A stretch of 64,000 bases of DNA, taken from positions 1-64,000 of IMG/VR virus record IMGVR_UViG_3300042527_000802; one strand, given 5' to 3'. This DNA comes from a virus. Position 1 is the stretch's first letter; each line of letters opens with the position of its first letter. A model generated the notes under the pieces. That model ran no database searches, was not told the origin of the DNA, and was given only the letters and a program-made list of their open reading frames with translations. Both the position numbers and the translations under genes were made by a program. Of the stretch, positions 1 to 9,937 are shown piece after piece.

Positions 1-99
1 GTTGTCCACGCGTCAACGCTGGCCTGCCTTTTGCGGCGATGGCTATGCAAGAGATGCTGAACGACGCAAAAGGCAGGCCAGCGTTGACGCGTGGACAAC
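1..99. repeat. Perfect 35-bp inverted repeat (1-35 vs 65-99)
   Basis: gttgtccacgcgtcaacgctggcctgccttttgcg is the exact reverse complement of 65-99; lies at the window/contig edge. Confidence 0.9.
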
Positions 100-3000
100 A
101 GCCCAGCCAGACCCGATATTTGGATCGCCAACGCCAAAACCACCAAGTCGCGGCGATGGCTATGCAAGAGATGCTGAACGACGCAAAAGGCAGGAACCAT
201 CACCAGAACAACCAAAAAGAGGACAAGCATCTGTTAATATACCTCCAGAAGCCAGAAAACCAATAAGTGTTCAAACAAACAAATCTCCTATAAGTCCTCC
301 AAAGCCAAGCGAATCTGCACAGGCAGAACCTATTAAACCAGTAGGATCAATAATAGTTACTGGAAGATCTTCGATACCATCGCAATCACCAACAGTAACA
401 TTAACACCAGCAGATACAGCAAAAACACAGGCGTCTGTAACAGCTTTTGAAAATAAAACCAGAACATGGTATGGTGGTAGAAGGTGGGATCTTAATAATG
501 ATGGTAAAGAAAGTGAAATTATTACTGGAAATATAAATAAGATTTTAGACACTCAGAGAGTAATGATTAATACAAGTGATGTTCCTGGAAAGCTATTGAT
601 CCTAAGAAAAGAGTACATGAATACAGAAGATTTATCTGCTATTAAAGCATTTGAAAATGAATTGACAAAGAAAAAAACACAACCAGCAGCTAAATCTGGA
701 ACAGTTACTTCGTCTATAAAACCATCTGATCCTATAGTGCAACAAATTGGCCTTAATGGAAAATTAATTGTGTCCGGTAAAACATCTAATCCATCGATTC
801 TTGGTGATGATCAAACATTCTCATTAAGTCAAAATGATCTACAAAACCAAACTAACATAATAGAAAACGTATTAAATAAATCAAGAACATGGTATAATGG
901 TAAATTATGGGATAATAATAACGATGGTATAGCTAGCGAATTAACAATTGGATCAATACGAGATGTTAAAAATAATAAAGTAAGAATAAATCCACGCAAA
1001 ACTTGGAATGGAGAACCATCAATACAAGAAGGCTTAATTCTATCTAATGAATCATTAACTAAAGAAGATATTAACTTTATTAAATTATGGTTAGCACAAA
1101 GCGCTGAATCAAATAAGGCTGCTCAAACTCAAACAATTGATCCAAAAGATGGCAGATTATGGTTTGGTGGTAAAAAATTATGGGATTTTAATAAAGATGG
1201 TAAACTAGATCCAAGTGAAATTATTGTAGGAAATTTAGATAGTGTTGGAAATGATAGATACGTAAAAATAATGAGTAAACAAGGCAAGATACTAGGAGTT
1301 GATCCTGCTACAGTATCTAAGTTTAGCACAGCAGAGGATAAGACACTAATTAATGATTGGATAGATAAAAATAGATCGCCCATTCAAAAATTTAAAAATG
1401 GTGGAATAGTATATGCACAATATGGTTATGATCCATATGGCGGAAGAACATTATCTTTGGGAAGACAAGGATTTGAACAAAGACCAAGAACTAATACTGC
1501 TCCTAATAGACCAGGTATATTTGGCGATGGAAGAATGCCAACTGCAGCTGGTACTACTCCTATAGTTAGTGGTACAAAACCTAGAATGTCAACAGTAAAA
1601 CCAGAAAGAACCCCTCCAGGCATGTTTGGAACAGGAAAAACGCCCCCAGGACTTATAACTACTAGTGGTACCAAACCGATCATACTTAGTAGAGATGAAA
1701 CAGGTAGAGTATATCGTCAAAATGAAATTCCTGCACCAAAAACTCTATCATTAAATCCTAAAGCTGAAAGAGTATGGTATGGTGGCAAGCTTTGGGATCA
1801 AAATCGAGATGGAAGAGAAACTCCAGACGAGAGATTAATAGGATCATTAGATGATGTTGCTATGGATGGAGATGTTAGAATCATAAGAGATAAAGATTGG
1901 GGATATGGTAAGGTATTGCGCTTAGATCCACGTAACTTTGCTAAGTATTCAACGCCAGAAGATAAAGCAATTGTTCAAGCATGGCTAAATCTTGGTAAGA
2001 AAAAGTCGCCTGCGGCTATAGAACCTACCAGAAGATTTGCAAATGGTGGAATGGTATATGCTAGTAATGGCAAGATGATTGATTTTAAGCCACAAGGAAC
2101 AGATACTATACCAGCTATGCTTACTCCTGGTGAATTTGTGGTTAATAGAGAAGCTACACAGAAAAATCTTTCATTATTACAAACTATTAATGGTAAAAAT
2201 TATTTAGCTGATGGTGGTATGAGTTTTATATCAAACGGGATGCAATTAACAACGAGTGGTGGTAATCAAACAATTAATAGTGAAGGAAAATTATATAGAA
2301 AAGATAAAACGCTACAAGATATGTTACATGAAGCATATATTTTTGGATCAGAGGCTCTAAGCGCTTTAGATGAGGCAATACCAAAGAGTCAGGATGAGTT
2401 GGAAGTTGCTATAATGGGCTTAGCCTCAAAAGTTATACCCGGTATATTTAGTGTATTAGGTGGAGCATTAGGACTTACTATTGGAGGCGCCGCAACAGCA
2501 CCACTTGGTGGAATTGGTGGAGTGCCAGTAGGAATAGGTTTTGCCTTGGGTGGTGAATTAATAGGACAAAAAATAAATAAATTTTTATGGAGTCTTTTTG
2601 AGGGGACTCCTATGTACAATAGAGTAGAAGAAAATATAAAAAAATATCCTAATGACTATGCTGCTGGACAATTTATAGGATGGGGAACCGAATTATTTTC
2701 CGGTGTCGCATTTGGCCATGCTATACAGCATGGAATACAAAAGGTAGGAAAAAATGCATTAGATAGTTCTATTGCAAAACTTGGCATGTCAAAAAATGCA
2801 ATGAATTTACCAATGCCATCTCCAGCTGGAGGAGCTATTGATGATGCTATTGCACATGGAATCGAGAAAAATTTTAGTAGAGAAGTAATAAAAGAATATA
2901 CGACAGATAGGGCCAAACAAGCAGTGCATGACACTCTATTACATAATCATAATGACCATGAAGCGAAGCCCCATAGATATGGTGGTTTAATTTATGCTGC

Positions 3001-3646
3001 TAATGGTCAACTGGTCAATTTCCAACCAAAAGGAACGGATACTGTTCCTGCTATGTTGACTCCGGGCGAATTCGTAATAAATAGAAAAGCTACTCAAAAT
3101 AATCTATCTCTACTAAAAGCTATAAATAATGGATCATATAGCCATGGAGATATTGTTAAGAAATTTAATAGAGGAGGAGTTGTTAACCCTGGATACTATC
3201 AATTAGGTGGCAATGTTGATAGATCAAATAATTTTGATTTTGGATCATTTATGCAGCGTTTAATGGGTCAATTGTCATCAGTAATTGGAACATCACTCAG
3301 AGAAGGACTACAAGCCAGAAATAATGCACAAAATGTACAGCAAACATCAAACGGTGTATCAATTGATAGTAAAACTCTTAATAGTATTGGTGAATTAACT
3401 AATAGATTAAAGAGTATTGCTGATACATTAGCCGGTTTAAATGGTATACCATCAGAAATTAAAGTAACAGGACGTCACGATGTTAATGTTATTATTAATG
3501 GAGATTCAGTACTTAACAAGCTAAGTCCAGAAATACAAGATATTGTTATGAATGAAATTAAGAATAGTTTCAACAAGTTGGTTAATGCTAACAAACCTAT
3601 GCCATCAGATAAATTAATCAATCCATTTGATCTACCTCAATCATAA
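2..3646 (+). CDS. Tape-measure-like / large tail protein, C-terminal part (5' truncated), with four SHD1-like repeats
   Basis: Two copies of GTDT(I/V)PAMLTPGEFV(V/I)NR-A-QxNL, a motif typical of phage tape-measure C-terminal regions. Four R(T/L/V)W...DxNxDG...ED..(I/V) repeats and a Gly-rich hydrophobic stretch. ORF is open from the window edge. Confidence 0.65.
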   Translation: MSTRQRWPAFCGDGYARDAERRKRQASVDAWTTAQPDPIFGSPTPKPPSRGDGYARDAERRKRQEPSPEQPKRGQASVNIPPEARKPISVQTNKSPISPPKPSESAQAEPIKPVGSIIVTGRSSIPSQSPTVTLTPADTAKTQASVTAFENKTRTWYGGRRWDLNNDGKESEIITGNINKILDTQRVMINTSDVPGKLLILRKEYMNTEDLSAIKAFENELTKKKTQPAAKSGTVTSSIKPSDPIVQQIGLNGKLIVSGKTSNPSILGDDQTFSLSQNDLQNQTNIIENVLNKSRTWYNGKLWDNNNDGIASELTIGSIRDVKNNKVRINPRKTWNGEPSIQEGLILSNESLTKEDINFIKLWLAQSAESNKAAQTQTIDPKDGRLWFGGKKLWDFNKDGKLDPSEIIVGNLDSVGNDRYVKIMSKQGKILGVDPATVSKFSTAEDKTLINDWIDKNRSPIQKFKNGGIVYAQYGYDPYGGRTLSLGRQGFEQRPRTNTAPNRPGIFGDGRMPTAAGTTPIVSGTKPRMSTVKPERTPPGMFGTGKTPPGLITTSGTKPIILSRDETGRVYRQNEIPAPKTLSLNPKAERVWYGGKLWDQNRDGRETPDERLIGSLDDVAMDGDVRIIRDKDWGYGKVLRLDPRNFAKYSTPEDKAIVQAWLNLGKKKSPAAIEPTRRFANGGMVYASNGKMIDFKPQGTDTIPAMLTPGEFVVNREATQKNLSLLQTINGKNYLADGGMSFISNGMQLTTSGGNQTINSEGKLYRKDKTLQDMLHEAYIFGSEALSALDEAIPKSQDELEVAIMGLASKVIPGIFSVLGGALGLTIGGAATAPLGGIGGVPVGIGFALGGELIGQKINKFLWSLFEGTPMYNRVEENIKKYPNDYAAGQFIGWGTELFSGVAFGHAIQHGIQKVGKNALDSSIAKLGMSKNAMNLPMPSPAGGAIDDAIAHGIEKNFSREVIKEYTTDRAKQAVHDTLLHNHNDHEAKPHRYGGLIYAANGQLVNFQPKGTDTVPAMLTPGEFVINRKATQNNLSLLKAINNGSYSHGDIVKKFNRGGVVNPGYYQLGGNVDRSNNFDFGSFMQRLMGQLSSVIGTSLREGLQARNNAQNVQQTSNGVSIDSKTLNSIGELTNRLKSIADTLAGLNGIPSEIKVTGRHDVNVIINGDSVLNKLSPEIQDIVMNEIKNSFNKLVNANKPMPSDKLINPFDLPQS
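33..194 (+). repeat. 45-bp perfect direct repeat (33-77, 150-194), in frame (GDGYARDAERRKRQ x2)
   Basis: gcggcgatggctatgcaagagatgctgaacgacgcaaaaggcagg occurs twice, 117 bp apart. Confidence 0.9.
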
Positions 3647-3658
3647 CCAGGAATCACT

Positions 3659-6600
3659 ATGAATATAATTGATAATATCGGAACTTATTTTATCCCAAAC
3701 AATAATGGGGATTTAGTTATATTAGGATCCATACCTGGATATGCTACTCTTAATCAAGATCATATAAATAGTAAAATTCCATATTTTATCAGAGTAAGTC
3801 AAGATAATAGCGTAAGTCATGAAATAGGAACAGCTACAATATCATCAGTAGGATCTCAAATAATAGTTACTGATAGACATGTAATATCTTCATCTAATGG
3901 AAACAAATCTATAGATGTAAATGGCAACGGCCAAAAAGAGTTTTACGTATTTGTGAATACGGCTAATTTTAATACAGCCTTTAATAATATTAGTATTAAA
4001 GATTCTAATTTTATTGTTGATAAAAAGAAAACAGTATACATAGTTAATGTTTCAAGCGGCTATATAGTTGCACAACTTCCTAAAGCAGATGACTGTGAGG
4101 CTGTTGAATTATCATTTAAGACAATAGGAGATGGATCATTAAGTATAGATGATGGAAATAATTTTAAATTAGTATTATCTGGAAAAGATAGATTTAGCAC
4201 TATAGTTTCTACTGGTAAGAATTGGATAGAACTCAAAGATAAAGATGAGACATATCTACCTTTTTCAATACAATCAGAAAATACATTTAGCACATTAAGC
4301 GATCCTACCGGAGACGATAGATCAGTACAATATAAAAATAGTACTAATTTTGCTGGTAGTAAATTATATATTGGAAATAACGAAAAACTATTATTTGGTT
4401 CATCAACAGAGTCTCAGGCCAAGCACATTATTGCACCAACCGGTAATTATGCTACGGTCTTTAATCAAACAAAAGACTCATCAGATTTTATAGTTTATGC
4501 TAGTGGAACATCAGCAGCTTATCCAAAGAATTTGTATTTCAGTAGCGATGGTAGATTAGGCATAAATATGCCGTCTGGAGTTTCGTCAAATGGACTTATA
4601 AAACCAGCAACTATCTTTCATATTATAAATACAATTTGTCAAGAAGGTATTCGATTAGAAAATAAAACAGCCTGTCATCCAGCAGACATAACTCTGTATC
4701 AGAACCCATCGTCCGTACCAACCAGTGCAAATGATGGATCTACTGTTGGTCAAATTTCATTCAAAGGCAAGAATACATCAAATAATCCCAAAACATACGC
4801 CCAAATACAAGCAGTCAGTAATTCTGTATCATCATCAAAAGGACAGATAAACTTAGTAGTAAATAATAATTCAACCACATCAACCGTATATTCTGCATCA
4901 CCAGACAATACATTAATTAAAAATAGCTCATCTTATATAGCACTATCTGGAAGCAATACCAACATTTCTGCTAATGGAACAGTCTCTATATCAGGAGCAA
5001 ATCTATCCTTAGTAGCTGGCACGGGAAATCCATTATCTAGCACAGTAAATGTAGTTGGTGCATTAGTTGCCAATAATGAGTTAAGAATACCATATGCTAA
5101 TCAAAGTAATGTGCTGTTGAGTGTTGATGCTAATAAAAGAATAGTTCCAGCAACAGGTTTTCAAATTCCTGGATTGGTGTCTGACGGTAAACAAAAGTTA
5201 TTATCAACTCAGTCAGATGGTACAGTAGCCGCGTCATTAAATGTTGAGACATTCTGGCCATATGAATTAGGAGAAAAGATCGGCGGAAAAGATGTAATTT
5301 GGTCAAGATATCCTTATCGTTCAGGAGAGGTATGTTTTGGTAAAGCTACTAAAGAATTACAATTATTAGGTAGTGTTCCATCTTCAGAATTTAGTGCTGG
5401 TGATCAAATAGCTATTGAAATTTATAATTCTAATAATGTATATACTGGATTAATTTATAGAAACATATCAGAAATTATAGAATCAAATGGATCAATTACA
5501 GCATTTCTATTAGACCAAGAAGTTTTATTAACACAGCAATCTATACTCAAACTTTATTCAGTAACAAAGGGTGGACTGCTAACTAATACTCTTTATACTA
5601 GTGGAGTATTATCTGATGCTACAGCTATAATTCTTAGCACAAGACCAGGATCAGATACTATATTTAATACATTAAAGAAAGATATTAATTTTACAGTATA
5701 TGGTTCTGAAGATAATCCAGCATTAAATATTATAGCAAATGCAGCATTAGTTAATAGAAATTCTGGAACATACTTTGAATATGCTACACAATTTACAGAT
5801 AGTAGCATGAACTCTATCCCTCCAATGGAAACATTTGTTGGATCTAATGGTGCTGGAGTTGGTAACAGCAATAGTAATAATAGTGCAAATTTTTCTGAAG
5901 CAGCAAATACCGGAATATGGTCTCGCAGAGTAACAATGGTGGGAACAAATGGCAAACCAAGTTACTATGGCACGTTCGACCAAAACGGCAATGCTTTTGA
6001 ATGGGTAGAAGACGAGAATCATACATCATCCATAACTAATGAGCAATATATTTGCGGTGGATCTTGGAGATCATCTATAGATAGTTTAAGATCATATATA
6101 CCAACACCAAGACTATCTGGATTAGATGATATAGGCTTCAGAATCTGCTCAAAAGCAGGATATAGTAATGATACTATCAATAGTTTTTTAACTTTAAATT
6201 TTGTTAGAGTAGACGATCCAGAAAATCCTGCCGATACATCAGAACTATATACTGAATCATATGATAATAGATTTTCATTAAGAGCTACTCCAGAACCAAT
6301 ATCTGTTAATAATTTAGGAGTAGTTAATCATTCTTATAATATAAGTAAGTATGAAATTACTAATGATCAATATATTAAGTTCTTGAATATAGCAGCCACA
6401 GGTTCGTATCCTAATGGTTTATATGATACAAGAATGTCCTCTAGCGAAGTAGGAGGAATAGCAAGAAGCGGTAGTGGAACATCGCCAGCGCCATACTCCT
6501 ATTATGCAAAAACTGGCATGAATAATGCTCCTGTAGTTTTTGTTAATTATCTAAGCGCTATAAGATTTATCAATTGGCTAAATAATGGTATTCCTAGTGG

Positions 6601-9400
6601 AGATGGTATAGATTTAGAGAATGGAGCATACTCGATATATAGTAATGCTCTAGCAATTAATAAAAATCCAGATCAGAATTATTGGCTACCATCAGTACAT
6701 GAGTGGCATAAAGCTGCTTACTACAAACCAATGGGAAGGTTGGAACTACAATCCGTACCATCAGTAACAATAAGAAGAGATCAACCATTTGAATATGCTA
6801 GCGGACTATTGTCATCTTTAAGCGTATTTGGACATGTTTATGTCGATCAATTACAGGCAGGAGCTAATAATGCTGTTGGAGGAGCATATAAAAACATATT
6901 ATCAATTACTGGCGCTCAGATTTCTAATAGTGGTATAACAACATTAGTTAATGCAAATTCTATAACTCTCAATAAAATACAAATTTCTCCTACTGGCACA
7001 ATATTTACTAAGGACATTTTTGTTGCATCAGGAATTAATAGCGATGGCTCTGCTGCTGGTGGCGTAAAGATTAGTGCAGATAAAGGACTAGAGTTTGTTG
7101 ATGCTAATGGAAATCCTATAGAGGGTGGTGCTGTAAGTGGAGTAGATGGTGGATTTATATTTAAATCACTAGATGGTAATAGTAAATTAATTTCTTCCAG
7201 TCTTTTAGGCATTAATAGTGTCACAGGACTTTACTATCCAGCACTCAAGAATACAAATGCTAATGAAATTATTCATAACGACGAAAATGGAAATCTTAAA
7301 GCTTCAAGCTGGTTCACTGTGGGTACAATACCAGACAATGTATCAAGCGTAACATCCAAAATAGTTAGTATAACATCTCCAGCAGACACCGGAGTTAATT
7401 CTCCAGTATTATTTACAGATAGAATAATTATTGGACCAGCATTGGAAAGTTATTCTGGTAGTATATTAACACATAATGGAAAGTCTCCAGCTGTATGGGC
7501 ACAAAATGATTTTCTAAAAGCCCCAGGAGCAAATTGGAATAGACATAAGAGACGTGCTGTAAAAATTATTAGTAATAAATCTATACAGTTTGTTAATATA
7601 AATGAGAGCGACGGAGGAACTGGTAGTATTTCATTAGAAGAAATACAAAATGAATTTGCATATAATGAAACTATTGCAATAGTAAATCAAAATAGAGATG
7701 TATTCTATGTTAAAGTAGCTAATATTAGCTTAACGGACAAAGACCTAGACGATAACACAGAGAAAGATCTATTTATTCCTGGACCAGATAAAGAGAACTT
7801 AATTTTAACAGTTTGTCCACCTATTCCTAGTGCCTTTATTGCTGGATCAGTATTAACATTAAAATCTAATAATGAAGTAATAAATTTGGGTTATGCATTC
7901 TCTGTACAAAAGGGTGCCTACCTAGATATGGTTATAGAGCCAACCGCAACTAATGGCTTTACTTGCTTAACTGCAGATGATGAAGAAAGTATATATAGAT
8001 TTAAACCAAGTACATCGAATACTATCAGTATTAGACCAAAAGTTTACACATCATTTAATAAAACAGCTGAAGACATAGACTTTGTAGTTTATGGTCATAG
8101 AAAGACACTATATACTAGATATGAATCTAGCTTATTTTCATTAAATGAAAATGGTATTCCTACTGGATTAAATCCAGCATTTAGAGTACATGCTCATGTT
8201 GAGAATAGCGTTGAAGGCTCAATAGAGTCCGGGGTCATCAGAACAACTATTGTAAATAATACAACAGCGCTTGGTATTTATCCTGACTTAAAAGCTAAAA
8301 TAACTGTTAATACTAATACTCCATATAAAATAGCATCTTTAACTGGTATTAAGACTGGAGTTATATTGCCAGGAGCTAGTAATGATGAAACATCAGCTCT
8401 TGAGCAATTATATGGATTAACAATTAGTCAAGGTACTGGGGTTGCTATAACAGGATCGCTAGATCTAGCAAAATATGCAGATTTAACTATTAATGGTACA
8501 ACATATACTAGCGGATTAATAGCAGAAGATATTGTACTTGGTCCAGTTTGGGCTGGCCCACTACCAGTAGACTTTCAACTTGCACAAACACAGAAGGTAT
8601 ATGCTGTTAATTATCCATTAACAATTAATAATAAAGGACAAATCGTATCACTGATACCTCCTCCACAACCAGAAATTCCAGGACCGGTTACTGGTATTAC
8701 TGCCGAACCAAGAAATAAATCAGTACTATTAGATTGGGATCCACCAGAAAATGATGGCGGTTCATCTATTATTAATTATATTGTAGAATACTCTACAGAT
8801 AATGGTACTAATTGGATAGAGGTTGATAACTTAGATGATAGTGGTAATATAGTTTTAGATACAAATTCTACTAAAAATATAACGTCTCTTACTAATGGAG
8901 TTAGTTATATATTTAGAATTTATGCGATAAATACTGTTGGTAAAGGCATAGTATCTTCAGAAACACAGCCAATAACACCAATTAGTAATAGTCCAACTGT
9001 ACCAAGACAATTATCAATTAATGGCCAATCCGATGGATCTCCAAGACCAAGTGTAAATCCAACATTGCAGTGGATAGCTCCAGAATCTGCTGGTAATTCT
9101 CCGCTAGATCACTATGAAGTATCCTATTGGATAGATGATGGAGTAACATCAACTAGTAGAGCTAGTTTTATTGGAACAGATCAGACTTCTAATTTATCTT
9201 ATACTTTTCAAAATATAGCTGTAACTGGATATGTATATTTCAAAGTTATAGCTTATAATACAAATAATATAGCAAGTAATCCTGCTTTATACAGAAGTAT
9301 AGGTACAGATGTAGATCCAAGAGCCACAGACTCCTCATTGCCTAATGCAACAAATCCTTATGATTTTGGATTGATAGAATGTTCAGGAACATGCTTATAA
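3659..9400 (+). CDS. Large tail fibre/adhesin-like protein with a circularly permuted FGE-like domain and two C-terminal FN3 domains
   Basis: DQNGNAFEW..GGSW..GFR followed by YEITNDQY..PVVFV..LPSVHEWHKAAYY (about 5879-6730). FN3 signatures (SVLLDWDPPENDGGSSIINYIVEY, LTNGVSYIFRIYAINTVG). Ser/Gly/Asn-rich. Confidence 0.7.
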   Translation: MNIIDNIGTYFIPNNNGDLVILGSIPGYATLNQDHINSKIPYFIRVSQDNSVSHEIGTATISSVGSQIIVTDRHVISSSNGNKSIDVNGNGQKEFYVFVNTANFNTAFNNISIKDSNFIVDKKKTVYIVNVSSGYIVAQLPKADDCEAVELSFKTIGDGSLSIDDGNNFKLVLSGKDRFSTIVSTGKNWIELKDKDETYLPFSIQSENTFSTLSDPTGDDRSVQYKNSTNFAGSKLYIGNNEKLLFGSSTESQAKHIIAPTGNYATVFNQTKDSSDFIVYASGTSAAYPKNLYFSSDGRLGINMPSGVSSNGLIKPATIFHIINTICQEGIRLENKTACHPADITLYQNPSSVPTSANDGSTVGQISFKGKNTSNNPKTYAQIQAVSNSVSSSKGQINLVVNNNSTTSTVYSASPDNTLIKNSSSYIALSGSNTNISANGTVSISGANLSLVAGTGNPLSSTVNVVGALVANNELRIPYANQSNVLLSVDANKRIVPATGFQIPGLVSDGKQKLLSTQSDGTVAASLNVETFWPYELGEKIGGKDVIWSRYPYRSGEVCFGKATKELQLLGSVPSSEFSAGDQIAIEIYNSNNVYTGLIYRNISEIIESNGSITAFLLDQEVLLTQQSILKLYSVTKGGLLTNTLYTSGVLSDATAIILSTRPGSDTIFNTLKKDINFTVYGSEDNPALNIIANAALVNRNSGTYFEYATQFTDSSMNSIPPMETFVGSNGAGVGNSNSNNSANFSEAANTGIWSRRVTMVGTNGKPSYYGTFDQNGNAFEWVEDENHTSSITNEQYICGGSWRSSIDSLRSYIPTPRLSGLDDIGFRICSKAGYSNDTINSFLTLNFVRVDDPENPADTSELYTESYDNRFSLRATPEPISVNNLGVVNHSYNISKYEITNDQYIKFLNIAATGSYPNGLYDTRMSSSEVGGIARSGSGTSPAPYSYYAKTGMNNAPVVFVNYLSAIRFINWLNNGIPSGDGIDLENGAYSIYSNALAINKNPDQNYWLPSVHEWHKAAYYKPMGRLELQSVPSVTIRRDQPFEYASGLLSSLSVFGHVYVDQLQAGANNAVGGAYKNILSITGAQISNSGITTLVNANSITLNKIQISPTGTIFTKDIFVASGINSDGSAAGGVKISADKGLEFVDANGNPIEGGAVSGVDGGFIFKSLDGNSKLISSSLLGINSVTGLYYPALKNTNANEIIHNDENGNLKASSWFTVGTIPDNVSSVTSKIVSITSPADTGVNSPVLFTDRIIIGPALESYSGSILTHNGKSPAVWAQNDFLKAPGANWNRHKRRAVKIISNKSIQFVNINESDGGTGSISLEEIQNEFAYNETIAIVNQNRDVFYVKVANISLTDKDLDDNTEKDLFIPGPDKENLILTVCPPIPSAFIAGSVLTLKSNNEVINLGYAFSVQKGAYLDMVIEPTATNGFTCLTADDEESIYRFKPSTSNTISIRPKVYTSFNKTAEDIDFVVYGHRKTLYTRYESSLFSLNENGIPTGLNPAFRVHAHVENSVEGSIESGVIRTTIVNNTTALGIYPDLKAKITVNTNTPYKIASLTGIKTGVILPGASNDETSALEQLYGLTISQGTGVAITGSLDLAKYADLTINGTTYTSGLIAEDIVLGPVWAGPLPVDFQLAQTQKVYAVNYPLTINNKGQIVSLIPPPQPEIPGPVTGITAEPRNKSVLLDWDPPENDGGSSIINYIVEYSTDNGTNWIEVDNLDDSGNIVLDTNSTKNITSLTNGVSYIFRIYAINTVGKGIVSSETQPITPISNSPTVPRQLSINGQSDGSPRPSVNPTLQWIAPESAGNSPLDHYEVSYWIDDGVTSTSRASFIGTDQTSNLSYTFQNIAVTGYVYFKVIAYNTNNIASNPALYRSIGTDVDPRATDSSLPNATNPYDFGLIECSGTCL

Positions 9401-9419
9401 CAAGGAGATATAATTTAGT

Positions 9420-9926
9420 ATGTCAAATCCATTAATTTTAAGACACGATATTACAACCACAAATGCGCCGGCGCCAAGTCAGTTGTCTGTTGGCGAACTA
9501 ATTATTAACTCTATAACTGGAAAGATGTATACTAAATTAGTTAGTGGTACTGTTATTGAATTTGTAGGACAACAAGTATGTTTTGCTAAATTACCATCTA
9601 TATCATTTGATTCTGTAGAGAATTTCTGCTGTGCTGGAGATATATTAAAAGTAAAAGTTACAGATTTATTACAGCAAAACTCTTATAATTTTGAAATAAC
9701 AGATATTAGTGGTAATAATGTTGATACTTATATTAATACTCCAATTTATAGCGAATATTCATCTACCCAAACCGATGGAAGCGAAGTACAATATAAAGAA
9801 GCTATTATACCATGCTCAATTGCTATTTTAGGCGATAAAAATATATCAATATTAAAGTTTACAGTTATTCAAGATAATAAAGAGTTAACAAGTAGAATTA
9901 TTACCATATCTTGCCAAAAATGCTAA
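9420..9926 (+). CDS. Tail fibre-associated protein with Mtd/hyaluronidase-type N-terminal motif
   Basis: N-terminal LILRH...P..SQLSVGELIINSITGKMY resembles the 'L..GELA.N..DGKLY' fibre N-terminal motif. Confidence 0.5.
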   Translation: MSNPLILRHDITTTNAPAPSQLSVGELIINSITGKMYTKLVSGTVIEFVGQQVCFAKLPSISFDSVENFCCAGDILKVKVTDLLQQNSYNFEITDISGNNVDTYINTPIYSEYSSTQTDGSEVQYKEAIIPCSIAILGDKNISILKFTVIQDNKELTSRIITISCQKC

Positions 9927-9937
9927 AGGATTGATTG

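Noticed and set aside
33-194. CRISPR-like repeat-spacer
   Set aside because: Only two 45-bp copies with a 72-bp gap, in frame inside a CDS; no cas genes
5879-6730. Active formylglycine-generating enzyme / sulfatase-maturation auxiliary gene
   Set aside because: Catalytic Cys pair absent; domains are embedded in structural proteins; no sulfatase nearby
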